Assembly: GCA_900128585.1 (NCBI GenBank)
Contig: LT642149.1
Location: 1 to 64,000 of the forward strand
DNA from: Stramenopiles sp. TOSAG23-3
Taxonomy: Eukaryota
Direction of reading: 5' to 3'
Length of the DNA: 64,000 nt
Shown here: positions 52,492-63,800 of the stretch, one piece after another
Layout of the letters: every line of letters starts with the position of its first letter
Numbering within the stretch: the stretch's first letter is position 1
Notes under the pieces: model-generated
Told to the model about the DNA's origin: nothing
The model's input: the letters and a program-made list of their open reading frames with translations, nothing else
The model's database searches: none
Made by a program: the position numbers and the translations under genes

Positions 52492-53343
52492 TTATTGACC
52501 GCCTGCGACTTGTTTTTGCACCCGATCGTACATAACAATTGACCCCGCACAAGTGACGTTAAACGACTCGCTGCGCACCGAGGGGATGTTGATTATGTGC
52601 CGGCACGCTTGCTGGACAAGCATGGGAAGTCCGTTGTCCTCTGCACCAAGAATGTAAATCGCCTTCCTAGGATGTTCAAACTGAACCAGGTCTTCCCCGT
52701 CCATTTCAATCCCACAGAAAACCCACCCCTCCTTCGCTTTCGATGCAAAATCATTGAAGTTTAAGTATTCAATGTACGGAACGCAGCCCGGGAGATCGCT
52801 TTGTTCCAACGGCTTCCGGTTTCTGTACCGTGGGTGTATGACAAAAACGAAATCTGCCCCCAGCTGTGTCGCGACCTTTCTCAAATTTACAGTGTTGAAC
52901 GCAGTTTTCCCTTGGAATATCCCAATGGCAAACGCAGGGGGTCCGCTGTTTTGTATTTCCATAAAACGAGAGTACACTCGGGAGAATTTTTGCACGGGGC
53001 GTTGGTATAGGTCGTCTATCATAATGTCTACCTGATACCCTTTGCTGCTCCCAAGGATAGTCTTCTGCTTCCTAGCCCAGACTTCAGACGTATCTTTTAC
53101 GTATTCCCAACCACGGTATTCCGAGTTGTAAAATAAAATATCGTGGTAGCTCGGATCAAAAACTACGTGTTTCGCCAGCTCGGCCAACAGCTGCGAACCG
53201 TAGAAAGGTACAGGGAGGACTACCTGGACAAATTTACCCTTCGCTATGTGGTTGCCGGTGAAAACTACTCTAAAGTCTACCTCGCGGGGGCCGGAGGCAG
53301 TGTCGCTGCCAACAATTGACGTTTCTGCTATTATCGTTGCCAT
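52492..53343 (-). CDS. SpoU/TrmH-family RNA methyltransferase with N-terminal extension
   Basis: HPRKAIYILGAEDNGL (motif 2), IPSVRSESFNVTCAGSIVMYDR (motif 3). Confidence 0.85.
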   Translation of the reverse strand: MATIIAETSIVGSDTASGPREVDFRVVFTGNHIAKGKFVQVVLPVPFYGSQLLAELAKHVVFDPSYHDILFYNSEYRGWEYVKDTSEVWARKQKTILGSSKGYQVDIMIDDLYQRPVQKFSRVYSRFMEIQNSGPPAFAIGIFQGKTAFNTVNLRKVATQLGADFVFVIHPRYRNRKPLEQSDLPGCVPYIEYLNFNDFASKAKEGWVFCGIEMDGEDLVQFEHPRKAIYILGAEDNGLPMLVQQACRHIINIPSVRSESFNVTCAGSIVMYDRVQKQVAGGQ

Positions 53344-53525
53344 GCTCGGTCTCTCTCTCTCTCTCTCTCCAAACCACTCTCTGTGGTAATTAAGTTGTCT
53401 GGCGTATTAATCATATTGTTCAGATCTACCATTAAAATATGGTCTCAGGATGTAAATTAACAGTATGTATGTATTTATGGGGCGAAGTAGATAGAATTTA
53501 ATACTAATTGTTTTTTTGTAAGTGT

Positions 53526-53727
53526 AAAAAAAAAAAAAAAAAAAAAGAAGAAGAAAAAAAGAAGAAAAAAGAAGAAGAAAAAAGAAAGAAGAAGAAGAAA
53601 GAAGAAGAAGAAGAAAGAAGAAGAGAAGGAGAAGAAGAAGAAGAGAAGAAGAGAAGAAAAGAAAAAAAGAAGAAAGAAAAAAAGAAGAAAGAAGAAGAGG
53701 AGGAGAGAAGAAAAAAAAAAGAAGAGA
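53526..53727. repeat. Polypurine A/G tract
   Basis: Poly-A followed by GAA-derived units. Confidence 0.9.
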
Positions 53728-54110
53728 ATAATTATTAGTCGTCCTATATCCTCCAATTGGATTATTAGAGATTTGATTCTTCTCCTTCATCGGTGATCGG
53801 TGGTGGTGATGGGGTTATAATAAATTAATAGAACGACTAATTGTACGATATTAGATGTTGTGATACTGTAAAGCTTCTCCTCCCTATAAAAGTATAAATG
53901 AAACTACAATTTATCGCAGAAGGCAAAATTTCCATTCTTCTTCGGTCGTTATTTTAAGTTATTTATTATATTTAAGTATAGATATCTACTCGTATAATAG
54001 GACTCATTATTTTTAAATTAGCTAAAAACAACCATCCCTTGCTGTGTTTAGCTATTATATATGAGGTATACGAGGAGTAAAGTAATAAATAATACCCTCC
54101 CCCTCCATCC

Positions 54111-54290
54111 AAAGAAGAAGAGAAAGAAAAAAAGAAGAAGAAGAAGAAGAAGAAAGAAGAAAGAAGAAAAAAAGAAGAAGAAGAAGAAGAAGAAGAAGAA
54201 AGAAGAAAGAAGAAAGAAGAAAAAAAGAAAAAAAGAAGAAGAAGAAGAAGAAAGAAGAAAGAAGAAAGAAGAAGAAAGAAAAGAAGAAGA
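54111..54290. repeat. Polypurine (GAA/AAAG) tract
   Basis: About 180 nt pure A/G. Confidence 0.9.
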
Positions 54291-54744
54291 ATAGAAATAT
54301 AGAAACTATATGTAGTAATAGAAAAAATACAAAAAAAGGAAGGAATAAAAAAACAAGCAATAATGTGTATTTTAAATGATGATAGAAGATATAATAATGT
54401 ACAACAATATATAACCTAAAAATACAATACTAAAAAAAGGTATAATAGACGACGACTACGTAATATTATTTATGTACTTGGTATTATAATAATAATAACA
54501 ACAACAACTACTTTTTTTAAATGCCACAAATGCATTTTTTTCTGATGAATGATAATTTTACGAACGATAGATATTTAAAAGTGAACGTGATATATTTTAA
54601 TAAATACATAGACTAAGTAAACGTAGACGAATAAAGCAGCCAGACAGGGTTGTGGATCGATTCAATTTTTGTCTGAATAAATTATTTCTTGTCAACGCCG
54701 TTGTTTGCATACACCACCGAAGACCCTGCCCCCCTTCCCCCGCA

Positions 54745-56292
54745 ATGGCAAGCGTACAAGACACCCGTGAGGCCGTGGGCAGGACCAGTACCCGTCTCTC
54801 AGACCGTGAAGATCGTCATGCCGAGAATGAGCGCATTCTGAAGACAAAAATGACCAAACTGGTGTGCGCCTGGCTTGTGTGGCTACCAGCAATAGTCGCG
54901 ATCCTGAGCCAGTTGCTGATTTCCTCTTGGCAGCACCCTATTTATAGAAACCCCGCGTTCGCTGGTGGCGACCTGTACGACCACCGGGCAGTTAACGTTC
55001 GTGTTCAGCCAGACCTATGGCAACGGAACCGGTTCGGTCGAAAATGCTTCAGCAAGGACGAGACAGACAAGTGCTCAGTATCATGGGGCACAATATTCTT
55101 CTTGAAGGGCACTAACTTGACCAAGTCAGAAAACTTCACTGCGGCGGAAGTGTTTGACCTGAAAAACGTCGCGTTTAGCTATGGTCAGTGGACTCCGCTG
55201 CGCCTCAGTTCGGGGCGCTACGAGGAGGAGGGCTTTGATTTGGTGCCACCGATCAGCTACCTACTGCTGTTCACGTCTATCGTAAGCTTGATCGGGAGCT
55301 GCACAATTATTGGCACCTTCTTCTACTATTCGAAACTAAAGAAGAAGTTTAGTCTGAGGCTCGTGTTCTACATGGCCTTTGCCGACTTGGGCTTTTCGAT
55401 AAAGTTCTTAATGTCGTCGGGTATGATTTTGTCGCAAGACCTTAGGGTTATTAACAACGGCATTTACGGGAAGGCCGAAACAATTGAGCCGGCATGCATT
55501 GCATCCGGGTTGATGGGCCAGTTCTTTGGCCTGTCGACGATTTGCTGGAATTTCTCGATAGCCCTGAACCTGCTCTTTAGCATGTTGTATTCACGAAAAT
55601 ACGACAACTCAAGGAAGCAGCAGTTCCACATATTTGCTCACAGCTTCTCATGGGGGTTCCCGCTGCTTACTTGCCTTGTCGCGTACTTTATGAACAACGT
55701 GGTCATGACGTACGACGGCACGTGCTGGATGTACGGTAATTGGGTGTTTATGTTCTACGCTCCCCTGTTCATCTTCATCATCATCAACGTGTATGCGGTC
55801 AAAGTAGCACTAGTAAAGATCAGTCCGGGCATGTTCACCCGAAACTCTGTGACAGGGTCGTTCGTTATTTCTGCGAAGCAAGAGGCTAAAAATGTCGAGA
55901 CGTGGATGAAGATATTCAATTACTGTTTGGCCTTTATATCAACCTGGATATGGGGAATGGTCCTTCGGTTAGGCACGTCCTTTCAATCGTGGAACGACCT
56001 CGGAGTCTTCGGAAGTTTCAATACCATGACAGACTACGCTACTGCCTCGCCGCCGCCTTGGTTAGTCTTTGCGTCGGCTTTCTTTTTGGGGGCCGGTGGT
56101 GCGATTAACGCATCCATATGGTTAGAGCCTCTCACTAGACAAGGGCGGCGACTTGTGCGACAAAAAATAAGGCGAGCGTCGCTTTCCATGGGCTTTCAAA
56201 CTGCAAGAACTCGATTTAGCAAGCAATTTACGGCAAATTCTGCAACCGTCATGCAGTCAAAGAAAACCCTAAACCCAATGAATACCCAATGA
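54745..56292 (+). CDS. cAMP-receptor-like (cAR/GCR1-type) GPCR with an extra N-terminal hydrophobic helix
   Basis: SLIGSCTII (TM1), LVFYMAFADL (TM2), C..SG..GQFF.LSTICW...IA.NL (TM3), SWGFPLL (TM4), GTCWM (ECL2), FYAPL (TM5); first ATG 54745. Confidence 0.82.
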   Translation: MASVQDTREAVGRTSTRLSDREDRHAENERILKTKMTKLVCAWLVWLPAIVAILSQLLISSWQHPIYRNPAFAGGDLYDHRAVNVRVQPDLWQRNRFGRKCFSKDETDKCSVSWGTIFFLKGTNLTKSENFTAAEVFDLKNVAFSYGQWTPLRLSSGRYEEEGFDLVPPISYLLLFTSIVSLIGSCTIIGTFFYYSKLKKKFSLRLVFYMAFADLGFSIKFLMSSGMILSQDLRVINNGIYGKAETIEPACIASGLMGQFFGLSTICWNFSIALNLLFSMLYSRKYDNSRKQQFHIFAHSFSWGFPLLTCLVAYFMNNVVMTYDGTCWMYGNWVFMFYAPLFIFIIINVYAVKVALVKISPGMFTRNSVTGSFVISAKQEAKNVETWMKIFNYCLAFISTWIWGMVLRLGTSFQSWNDLGVFGSFNTMTDYATASPPPWLVFASAFFLGAGGAINASIWLEPLTRQGRRLVRQKIRRASLSMGFQTARTRFSKQFTANSATVMQSKKTLNPMNTQ

Positions 56293-56884
56293 TCACCCAA
56301 CAACAATTGTTGTCTCTTTGTTTGTGCGATATGATGAACGATAGGTAAAAAAAAAAGAAGGAGGAGGTAGAGAAGAAGAAGTCATTTAAATCCGACAGTT
56401 TTTAGAAATTACATCATAGGCAATGGGTACTTGTATTATCTCTTAGGGATATAAAAGCCTTACAATTGTAGTGTTGAATATTTTACAAGTATGTAAATAA
56501 GATAGGAAAATCTGTTCAACGATAAAAACAGGTAATAGCAGGCAAAATAAGAAAATCGAAAAAATAATACTTTCTTTTTTTTTCCGACACTGTCGGCCAG
56601 GTGCTGCTATTATATCATAATAACACTAGTATTATATTCTTTTTTTCTTCTTCTTCTCAAAAAATAATAAATTGAAAAAAATATCTATCATCACCAACAA
56701 CAACCTGTTTCATCCCCCCCCCCCCCACCCGTTTCTTGTCCAAGACGCCTCAAACCGATTGATTGTAAATATCGGCGTATACTATCTCATCCACATTCGT
56801 GCAACGTGCAACTCTTAACAATTCGTACCACATGTCGTAGATTAATGCTAGCAGCGCGGACTTACGTTTCGGCCACCTGAGGAG

Positions 56885-59863
56885 ATGGCGAGCAAAAAGC
56901 GGCGGCGGGTTTTGACTCCGTTTCACCAGGCTCTGCTACGTAGATACGAGGCCTTTGAATCCGTATACGCATTCTTGAACCGGCGCCATGTGCTGACGAC
57001 AGTATCAAATGTGTCAAAAACTATTCAGTCGGCTCTCCGTGTTCGATTTGAACTGAGTGATCTGCTGGAGATGTGCGGGGTGTGCCCTGAGATTTTTCGT
57101 CTCCAGTGGGTCACAAAGACTGAACCGGGAGTGGAAGACTACCAAACACACCCCGAAAACCAAACGCCCCCCCCGACCGTGCTGTTGCTTCAATTCCCGA
57201 AAATCACAAAAGCAAAGCGCATGTCAAAGTATAAGAACGCATTAAAGGAACTGGGAGACGAGCAGAGGCCCACTCCAATAGAGATACCCCTGAACCTAAG
57301 CATTCAGTCAGTGGACCCAAAGGAGAGTTTCAAAGAGCCAGTTTCGCCGGTTGGCACAGCCGAAATTCTCGCGTACCTAAAAAAAGATGCAAGCTTCTAC
57401 AAAGACCAAATCGTTCATGTACATAAGACTCCGGCTAAGGAAGCGCGATTCGGCACGATTGCAGAAGAAGTTCATCCAGTGCTCGTAAAATCGTTGCACC
57501 AATTGGGCGTGTCTAGGTACTACGCCCATCAAGCGAAGGGCATTAATGCCTTGATGGCCGGAGACCACGTGATCATTTCTACCGGAACATCGTCAGGCAA
57601 AAGTTTAGTCTACAATCTTCCCATCCTCCAAACGTTAATGTCTGAACCATCTGCGTCTGCATTTTACCTTTTTCCAACAAAAGCGTTGGCACACGACCAG
57701 TTCAATGCGTTGCAAAAGCTTGTTGAAACGATTCGTTCTGAGGGATCCACAGACGGATCGGAATGTCGGATGTTCGAGCCAGGAACTTTGCAGACACTGG
57801 ATGGCGACACGGGCCATTCGGTCCGGCGCCACGTAATTGATCGTGCTAGAATCGTGCTTACCAATCCCGATATTTTACATTTTACAGTTTTGCCCCAGCA
57901 TCATCGATATATGAGGCTGCTGAAGAACTGTCGCTACATTGTAATTGATGAGGCCCACTCGTATAGCGGAGCATTTGGGTGCCATGTATCTTGCGTCATA
58001 CGGAGGCTGCTCCGAGTTTGTATGTTGTACGATTCCTTTCCTCAATTTATATGCTGTTCTGCGACTATCGGTAACCCGAAAGAACATTTCGAAGCGTTAG
58101 TCCCCGTGCACATAGCCTACAGAGAGGGAAAGGGGTCAAAGAAACTTTGCGTCATCACTGGCAGTGACGACGGCTCACCACAGGGCGAGCGCCAATTCGT
58201 GTTTTGGAACCCACCTTATGCAGATGTTGGTCTCGACAAAAAACCGTCGGCAGAAAAGAGCAAACTCACTCGAAAATTACCTGGCAATTACCCAAATATG
58301 AGTCCCCGGGAGAAAAGAGACACCCGCTTGCGGCTACTTCGAGAGATGCCAGAGCGTCGTAGTTCTATTTATGAAACTGCCAGGCTAATGACAATGCTTG
58401 TCAGGGCTCGCGTCCGGACACTTTCATTCGTAAAGGTAAGAAAGTTGACTGAGTTGGTAACAAAATACTGCAAAGAGTTACTTTCCGGCTCTTCTACACC
58501 CCAGCTTGTGAATCAAATTTGCTCGTACCGGGCGGGATACATGCCCGAAAAACGGCGCAATTTGGAACACAAAATTTTCAACGAAGAAATTCTAGGAATT
58601 GCCGCTACCAACGCATTGGAGCTTGGGATAAACATAGGCAGCTTAGATGCTGTGCTTTTGTTGGGCTTTCCCGGTAGTGTTAGCAGCTTGTGGCAACAGT
58701 CTGGTAGGGCTGGACGATCCAATCGTGCGGCAATCATATTTTTTGTGGCGTTTGACTCTCCAATAGATCAGTTTTTTATGAAACACCCAGATAAATTAAT
58801 CAGTCGTCCCGTCGAGAATGCAATTGTAGAAGCAAATAATGCATATGTATTAAAGAATCATTTGTTGTGTGCTATCAAAGAAGTAGCGATGCTTGAAAAT
58901 AGCGTGGATTTCAAGCTTTTCGGAGAGGAAAATTCAAAGAGGGTCCTTGGCGAACTGCTCACAAGTAGGTCTATTTCCAGAACGGTTCTGCCCAGGACAG
59001 AGGCTGGGGCGTGGATTATTCATCCTTCCATTGATCAACCTCAAAAGGCAGTAAACTTGAGGAGTATAGACAATCAGACTATAACCGTGATCCATGCTGA
59101 ATCAAACGAGAAACTTGATAAAATAGAGTTTTTCCGGGCGTTTTTTGAGGTTCACCCAGGGGCGTGCTACCTGAACCAGGCACGCCAATTCATCATACAG
59201 AATCTTGATTTACAGCATTCTCTAGCAATTGCTTGCCCTTCGAACGTAAAGTACTACACATCAGTGCGGGATCACACGGACGTTGATGTGAATGATAAAA
59301 TAAGGACTTTGATCGGCCCTTCGCACGCGGCCTATTACGGACGTGTGTCTGTGTCCACGAGTGTTTATGGATACCGAAAGCATTGGTTTTCCAACGGAGA
59401 AATATTTGAAACCGTCCCGTTAACCCTGCCCCCAATACAGTATTCCACATTTGGAGTGTGGATTGATTTGCCGCCTAGTATAGTCAATGAGGTAGAAAAA
59501 TTAGGGCACGACTTTCTGGGGAGCTTACACGGCGCGAACCATGCCTTGTTACACAGCATACCTCTTTGGGTATCGTCCGATCGGACCGACTGTGGAACGG
59601 AGTGCCCGAGCGTATACCAAGAACGCGCTAGACCTTTGCGGTTGGTTCTATTTGACCGGTGCCCAGGGGGAATTGGTATAAGTCGGAAGATAGGGAAGTG
59701 TTTGCTTCAACTCGTGCAAAGTGCCTACAGAATTGTATCGGGTTGCGACTGTGATTTTGGGTGTCCAAGTTGTGTTTGCGATACCCGTTGCCCCGAGTTG
59801 AACGACATTCTGGACAAAGCCGGTGCGATCAAACTCCTGTCGATAGTGGTAGATTTACTTTAA
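56885..59863 (+). CDS. HRQ1: Hrq1/RecQ4-like DEAH helicase with DUF1998 Zn domain
   Basis: HQ Q-motif, TGTSSGKS, LFPTKALAHDQ, TNPDILH, DEAH, SATIGNP, YRAGY, ATNALELGI, QQSGRAGR, C-terminal CDC..GCPSC..C. Confidence 0.9.
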   Translation: MASKKRRRVLTPFHQALLRRYEAFESVYAFLNRRHVLTTVSNVSKTIQSALRVRFELSDLLEMCGVCPEIFRLQWVTKTEPGVEDYQTHPENQTPPPTVLLLQFPKITKAKRMSKYKNALKELGDEQRPTPIEIPLNLSIQSVDPKESFKEPVSPVGTAEILAYLKKDASFYKDQIVHVHKTPAKEARFGTIAEEVHPVLVKSLHQLGVSRYYAHQAKGINALMAGDHVIISTGTSSGKSLVYNLPILQTLMSEPSASAFYLFPTKALAHDQFNALQKLVETIRSEGSTDGSECRMFEPGTLQTLDGDTGHSVRRHVIDRARIVLTNPDILHFTVLPQHHRYMRLLKNCRYIVIDEAHSYSGAFGCHVSCVIRRLLRVCMLYDSFPQFICCSATIGNPKEHFEALVPVHIAYREGKGSKKLCVITGSDDGSPQGERQFVFWNPPYADVGLDKKPSAEKSKLTRKLPGNYPNMSPREKRDTRLRLLREMPERRSSIYETARLMTMLVRARVRTLSFVKVRKLTELVTKYCKELLSGSSTPQLVNQICSYRAGYMPEKRRNLEHKIFNEEILGIAATNALELGINIGSLDAVLLLGFPGSVSSLWQQSGRAGRSNRAAIIFFVAFDSPIDQFFMKHPDKLISRPVENAIVEANNAYVLKNHLLCAIKEVAMLENSVDFKLFGEENSKRVLGELLTSRSISRTVLPRTEAGAWIIHPSIDQPQKAVNLRSIDNQTITVIHAESNEKLDKIEFFRAFFEVHPGACYLNQARQFIIQNLDLQHSLAIACPSNVKYYTSVRDHTDVDVNDKIRTLIGPSHAAYYGRVSVSTSVYGYRKHWFSNGEIFETVPLTLPPIQYSTFGVWIDLPPSIVNEVEKLGHDFLGSLHGANHALLHSIPLWVSSDRTDCGTECPSVYQERARPLRLVLFDRCPGGIGISRKIGKCLLQLVQSAYRIVSGCDCDFGCPSCVCDTRCPELNDILDKAGAIKLLSIVVDLL

Positions 59864-60877
59864 CAACAATTCTTCCTTTGCATTTTTTTAATTTTTATAA
59901 CCCTAACCTTATAATGATTAGTGTACAGGAACACAGCATCATATAAAATAAATTAGCATTTCTCTTCGTTATTATTAAAATGAAGGAAATATATTTCGAC
60001 ACAAACTAACAACAAAAAATAAATTTTGGTAAAACTGAAGTATGTTTACATATAATAGCACTACAGAAACAATAAAGGCACCAACAACAATTGTTCTTTT
60101 GCAATTCTTTTCCTTTTTTCTTTTGTATTTACAATGAGTATTTTATATGGACACAGGATACCTTTAAAAATATTTACATTTCTGTTCGCTGTAAATCTGA
60201 ATAAAATATACAAAAAATAACAAAATACCACACTTTCTTTAAAAAATAGAAAAGACGACCGTCGTCGTTTTTCTTCAAGTAAAATGCCATACTGTCCAGA
60301 TGTTTAATAAAGTGTTCAGTGTCCTTGGCGCGAAAAAAAATCCAACTCGAATTTTAAAGTATGGAAGCTCTCGGCCAGAAAATGACAAAAGAAAGTGAGG
60401 GGGACGCCTAACTACATAAGTTTAGATCAGGCGACAATTCCTGTCACGACGCCCGCCCCCGAACGAACGTTTATAAATTGCTTGCCCTAAAATGACTTGG
60501 AAATGTGGTTCCAAGGGACAATTTTTTGTGAATTGGGCGATTTGGATCAAACGCCACCCAAACAATCGCTTACTTCTTTTTAAGATCTGCAAAAACGAGT
60601 CCTAGGCGCATAGTTCTGTGTATCTGAAAAGATATTTGACCTTTTAAAATAGTAAAAATTATCCTTTATTCATAAAGATCTCGTTGCCTCAAGTAGTTAG
60701 CACAAAGTTGTTTACCATTTTTCAATTCCGCGCCAAAGATACTTGCATCCTTGCTCTCGTTCCAACGTCTCCCCTGGAAAAAATAATAGAATCATAGTAA
60801 TAGTATACAAAAATACTACTTATTTTTACCTATATATTAAATATCCACCAAAACGGACTGTTTTGAGTTCTTAAAAA

Positions 60878-63800
60878 TTACTCGATATCGGGTTCATCTA
60901 ACTCCATCTCTCCGCTAGTATGGTGCGATAGAATGTACACGTGACCCAAACTGTCCCCGCAGAACACCATAGCGGGATCGTGCGGGCATGTCCCAAGACA
61001 TGTAACTTTGCCATATGTTTTGAACTCTGACTTTTTCGACATCTTGTCGTTCAGACTAGAAGTGACAAGGATACCTTTACCGTTTCGATCACACAATATT
61101 TTGTCTACCGCATTTTCATCTTTGAAACCATGGCTAGCAAGTACGTCAAATATCTTTACCGCAAGTTTGTCTTTACATTTTAGGACAGTTTGAACGTTAA
61201 TAGAGGTTTGGGCTTTCATCCCTGATTTGTTCCTCTTCTCTTCTATTTCAGACTGCAAAACTTTCAAGTGATCCCGGAGCGCCACAACATCTTTGTCCGG
61301 AAACTGCAGTGCATTCTCAGGATTTGACCGTGTTCGGTTGTACAGCTCTGTTTTCGTGCGAGATATATGATTTTCGACAGACAGCTCGCCATCAAACTGC
61401 TCTAAGTCGAGCACGTCAATTAAAGAGAAGCTAACAAACGTACTGCCTAATAGAGCGTACATTTTAAATGGTTGATGGGGACAAGGTCGGGCCATCTCCA
61501 GCAAATGGTGCGTCTGTATGGTGGTGCATATTTTAAGCAAATCGATGCTCTCAGAGGTAAATATTCGAATATCGCCCTCTTTACTTATACTTAATATGCG
61601 CTTTTCATCCTCTGAGAAGCCTACAAACAAGACCGAGCTCTTGTGCATGTTATTCAATTTTGTCATTTCTGAACCGAATTCAACGTACGCACCGGTCGCC
61701 AAGTCCCACCTTTGAACTATTCCCGAACCACAGCCCGATACAAGACTCTTTAAATCTTTAGAGAACTGCATTGCCGTAACGGGCGCGGTGTGCCACTTCA
61801 AAGTCTTATGGTGCTCGTAAGATGTTCCGTCCCATATCTCAATGTCCCCGTCGATCGCTGCAGTAGCAAGGTAGGCGTCTTTTGGCGAAAACAACACCTT
61901 GCATATGCTACTGGAGTGCCCTTCTAATATGTGCCTTTCTGTCGGTGGTTGATTTTTTTCATATGTAACCACTGACACCTCGCCAGAACTGCTTCCGGTC
62001 ACAAGCTTGTGCGACGATGGGCTAAAGGCGCCACATGTGACATGGCCATTGTGGGTTCCAATCGAAACGTTGTCCATGTATTTAAGCAGCATGTCCTTAC
62101 GAAATTGAAACCTAGCGTTCTTCGCGCCATTTATTGCGTGGTAATGGATCTTGAATTTTGAGAGCACGGTTTCTTCCACAGATCCCGTGGCGGCAGCCAT
62201 AGTACCAAGCACAAATCTTTTTACAAAATGTTTGTCAACCACGATGATGCCCCCAGAGCTGGAATTGCTTGGCTTTTCAAAGGATACGTGGGTTGCCTCT
62301 GTAAATGCACTATCAATAACGCTCGCTTCTGGCCCAAGCTCTTTATTTAAGTCCCACAGAAGTGTACGGCCACCCCTTGACGCACTAACGAGAAAGCCTG
62401 GTTTTAGTGACCAAGAAATGCTAGTCACAGGGCAGTGGTGCCCAGTTAATGTGTTGAGCAGTGATCCATCCATGCTGTACAATAATATAAGCCCTCCAAT
62501 GGAATCTGAGCATGCAATTAATTCGGAGGTTGGATTAATTTCCATAACAGTCACGTAACCCAACTGCTTCTCTGTATTGATGGCGTGATCAAAAACAAGT
62601 TTGGACTCGCCCACAAGGTACAGCCTGATACAGCAATCGGAGCACCCAATGGCCAAGTAGGTGCCGCACGGTGTGAATGCCATGCACGTGCTGACAGAAG
62701 CATTTGGCAACGTTAGTTTTGAGGATCGATCGTTGACTTCCCTGTTTCCGTAGGAATCACACACAAAGTACCACAATCGCACGGTGCCGTCTTCCGCCCC
62801 GGTAGCAAACGCTAGAAAAGTGTTGTTCACGCTTTGCGGAAATTCGCTTGATGCTAATATGTCGTTTTCAAAAACAGTTCTGCACAGTACGAGGCCAGTG
62901 CTCGTATCCCAAATTATTATCTTGCGTGCAGAAATTGAGACCAAAAATGCTCCATACGACAGCATAAAAACGTTCTGCACTGAGTTCCGATGACCAGCTT
63001 TAGCAAATGTCTGCACAACATTTCCCGTTGTTTTATCCAGCATGTAGACTCTGCCGTCTGAATGGCCAATCGTTAAAACGCAACCATACGTAGAATTGTA
63101 TGTTGCAGTAATGTCCCCATTCTCGAAAGAAGCATACACAACAGGTGACGTCGAATGGCGAAAAGGTTTATTGATCCAATTGTACCAGTCATTAGACGGG
63201 AGTGATGCAGAGGAGTTACTTATCAGGCGCCTCGCTTGAACGTGCAGGGCCGCATGAGGAGGCAAATTTAAAGCCAGCTGAAACCATGTCCTTGAGTCGC
63301 GCTGAAGTGCAATGCAGTAATGTTGGACAAAGGACAGACACTGTGCTACATTTGCAAGTACACGTTCCAGATGATCTACGGCATACTTTTTCCCAAAATC
63401 TTTTACTAGATTTTTGTATACCGAAGTTGACATTATTTGAAGAATATTTTTGTAATTCTTCATTGTTTCCAAAACATAATGGCTGCCTATGTTTATGTGG
63501 GAGCGATTCCCACAGCACTGCCCGACGTACAACAGATTGCAGATTGTCGATTCCAACGCTTTCACATCAAAAGCTTTCATTTGAAAATACGGGAGGTCCT
63601 GCAGAATGGTTGAATCTCGTTCCTCATCTTTCGTTTCAGCAAAGTAATTTGCCAGCAACTGGAAGTGTTTTGCTTCTTTTTGGACTGAAGGGCAATAAAT
63701 TTTTACCACCGCGTCCCGAAATGTTCCGTAGGGAAGCCAAACGGTAGTCATAGTCGAAAGGGCTAAATCGGGGAAAACTAGGTCCGCTTGCTGCAGTACC

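Noticed and set aside
56885-57250. CDT1-like winged helix at the Hrq1 N-terminus as a novel fusion
   Set aside because: I recall similar N-termini in fungal Hrq1 proteins, so it is not treated as new
59897-59911. Telomere-like TAACCCTAACC
   Set aside because: Under two units; expected by chance
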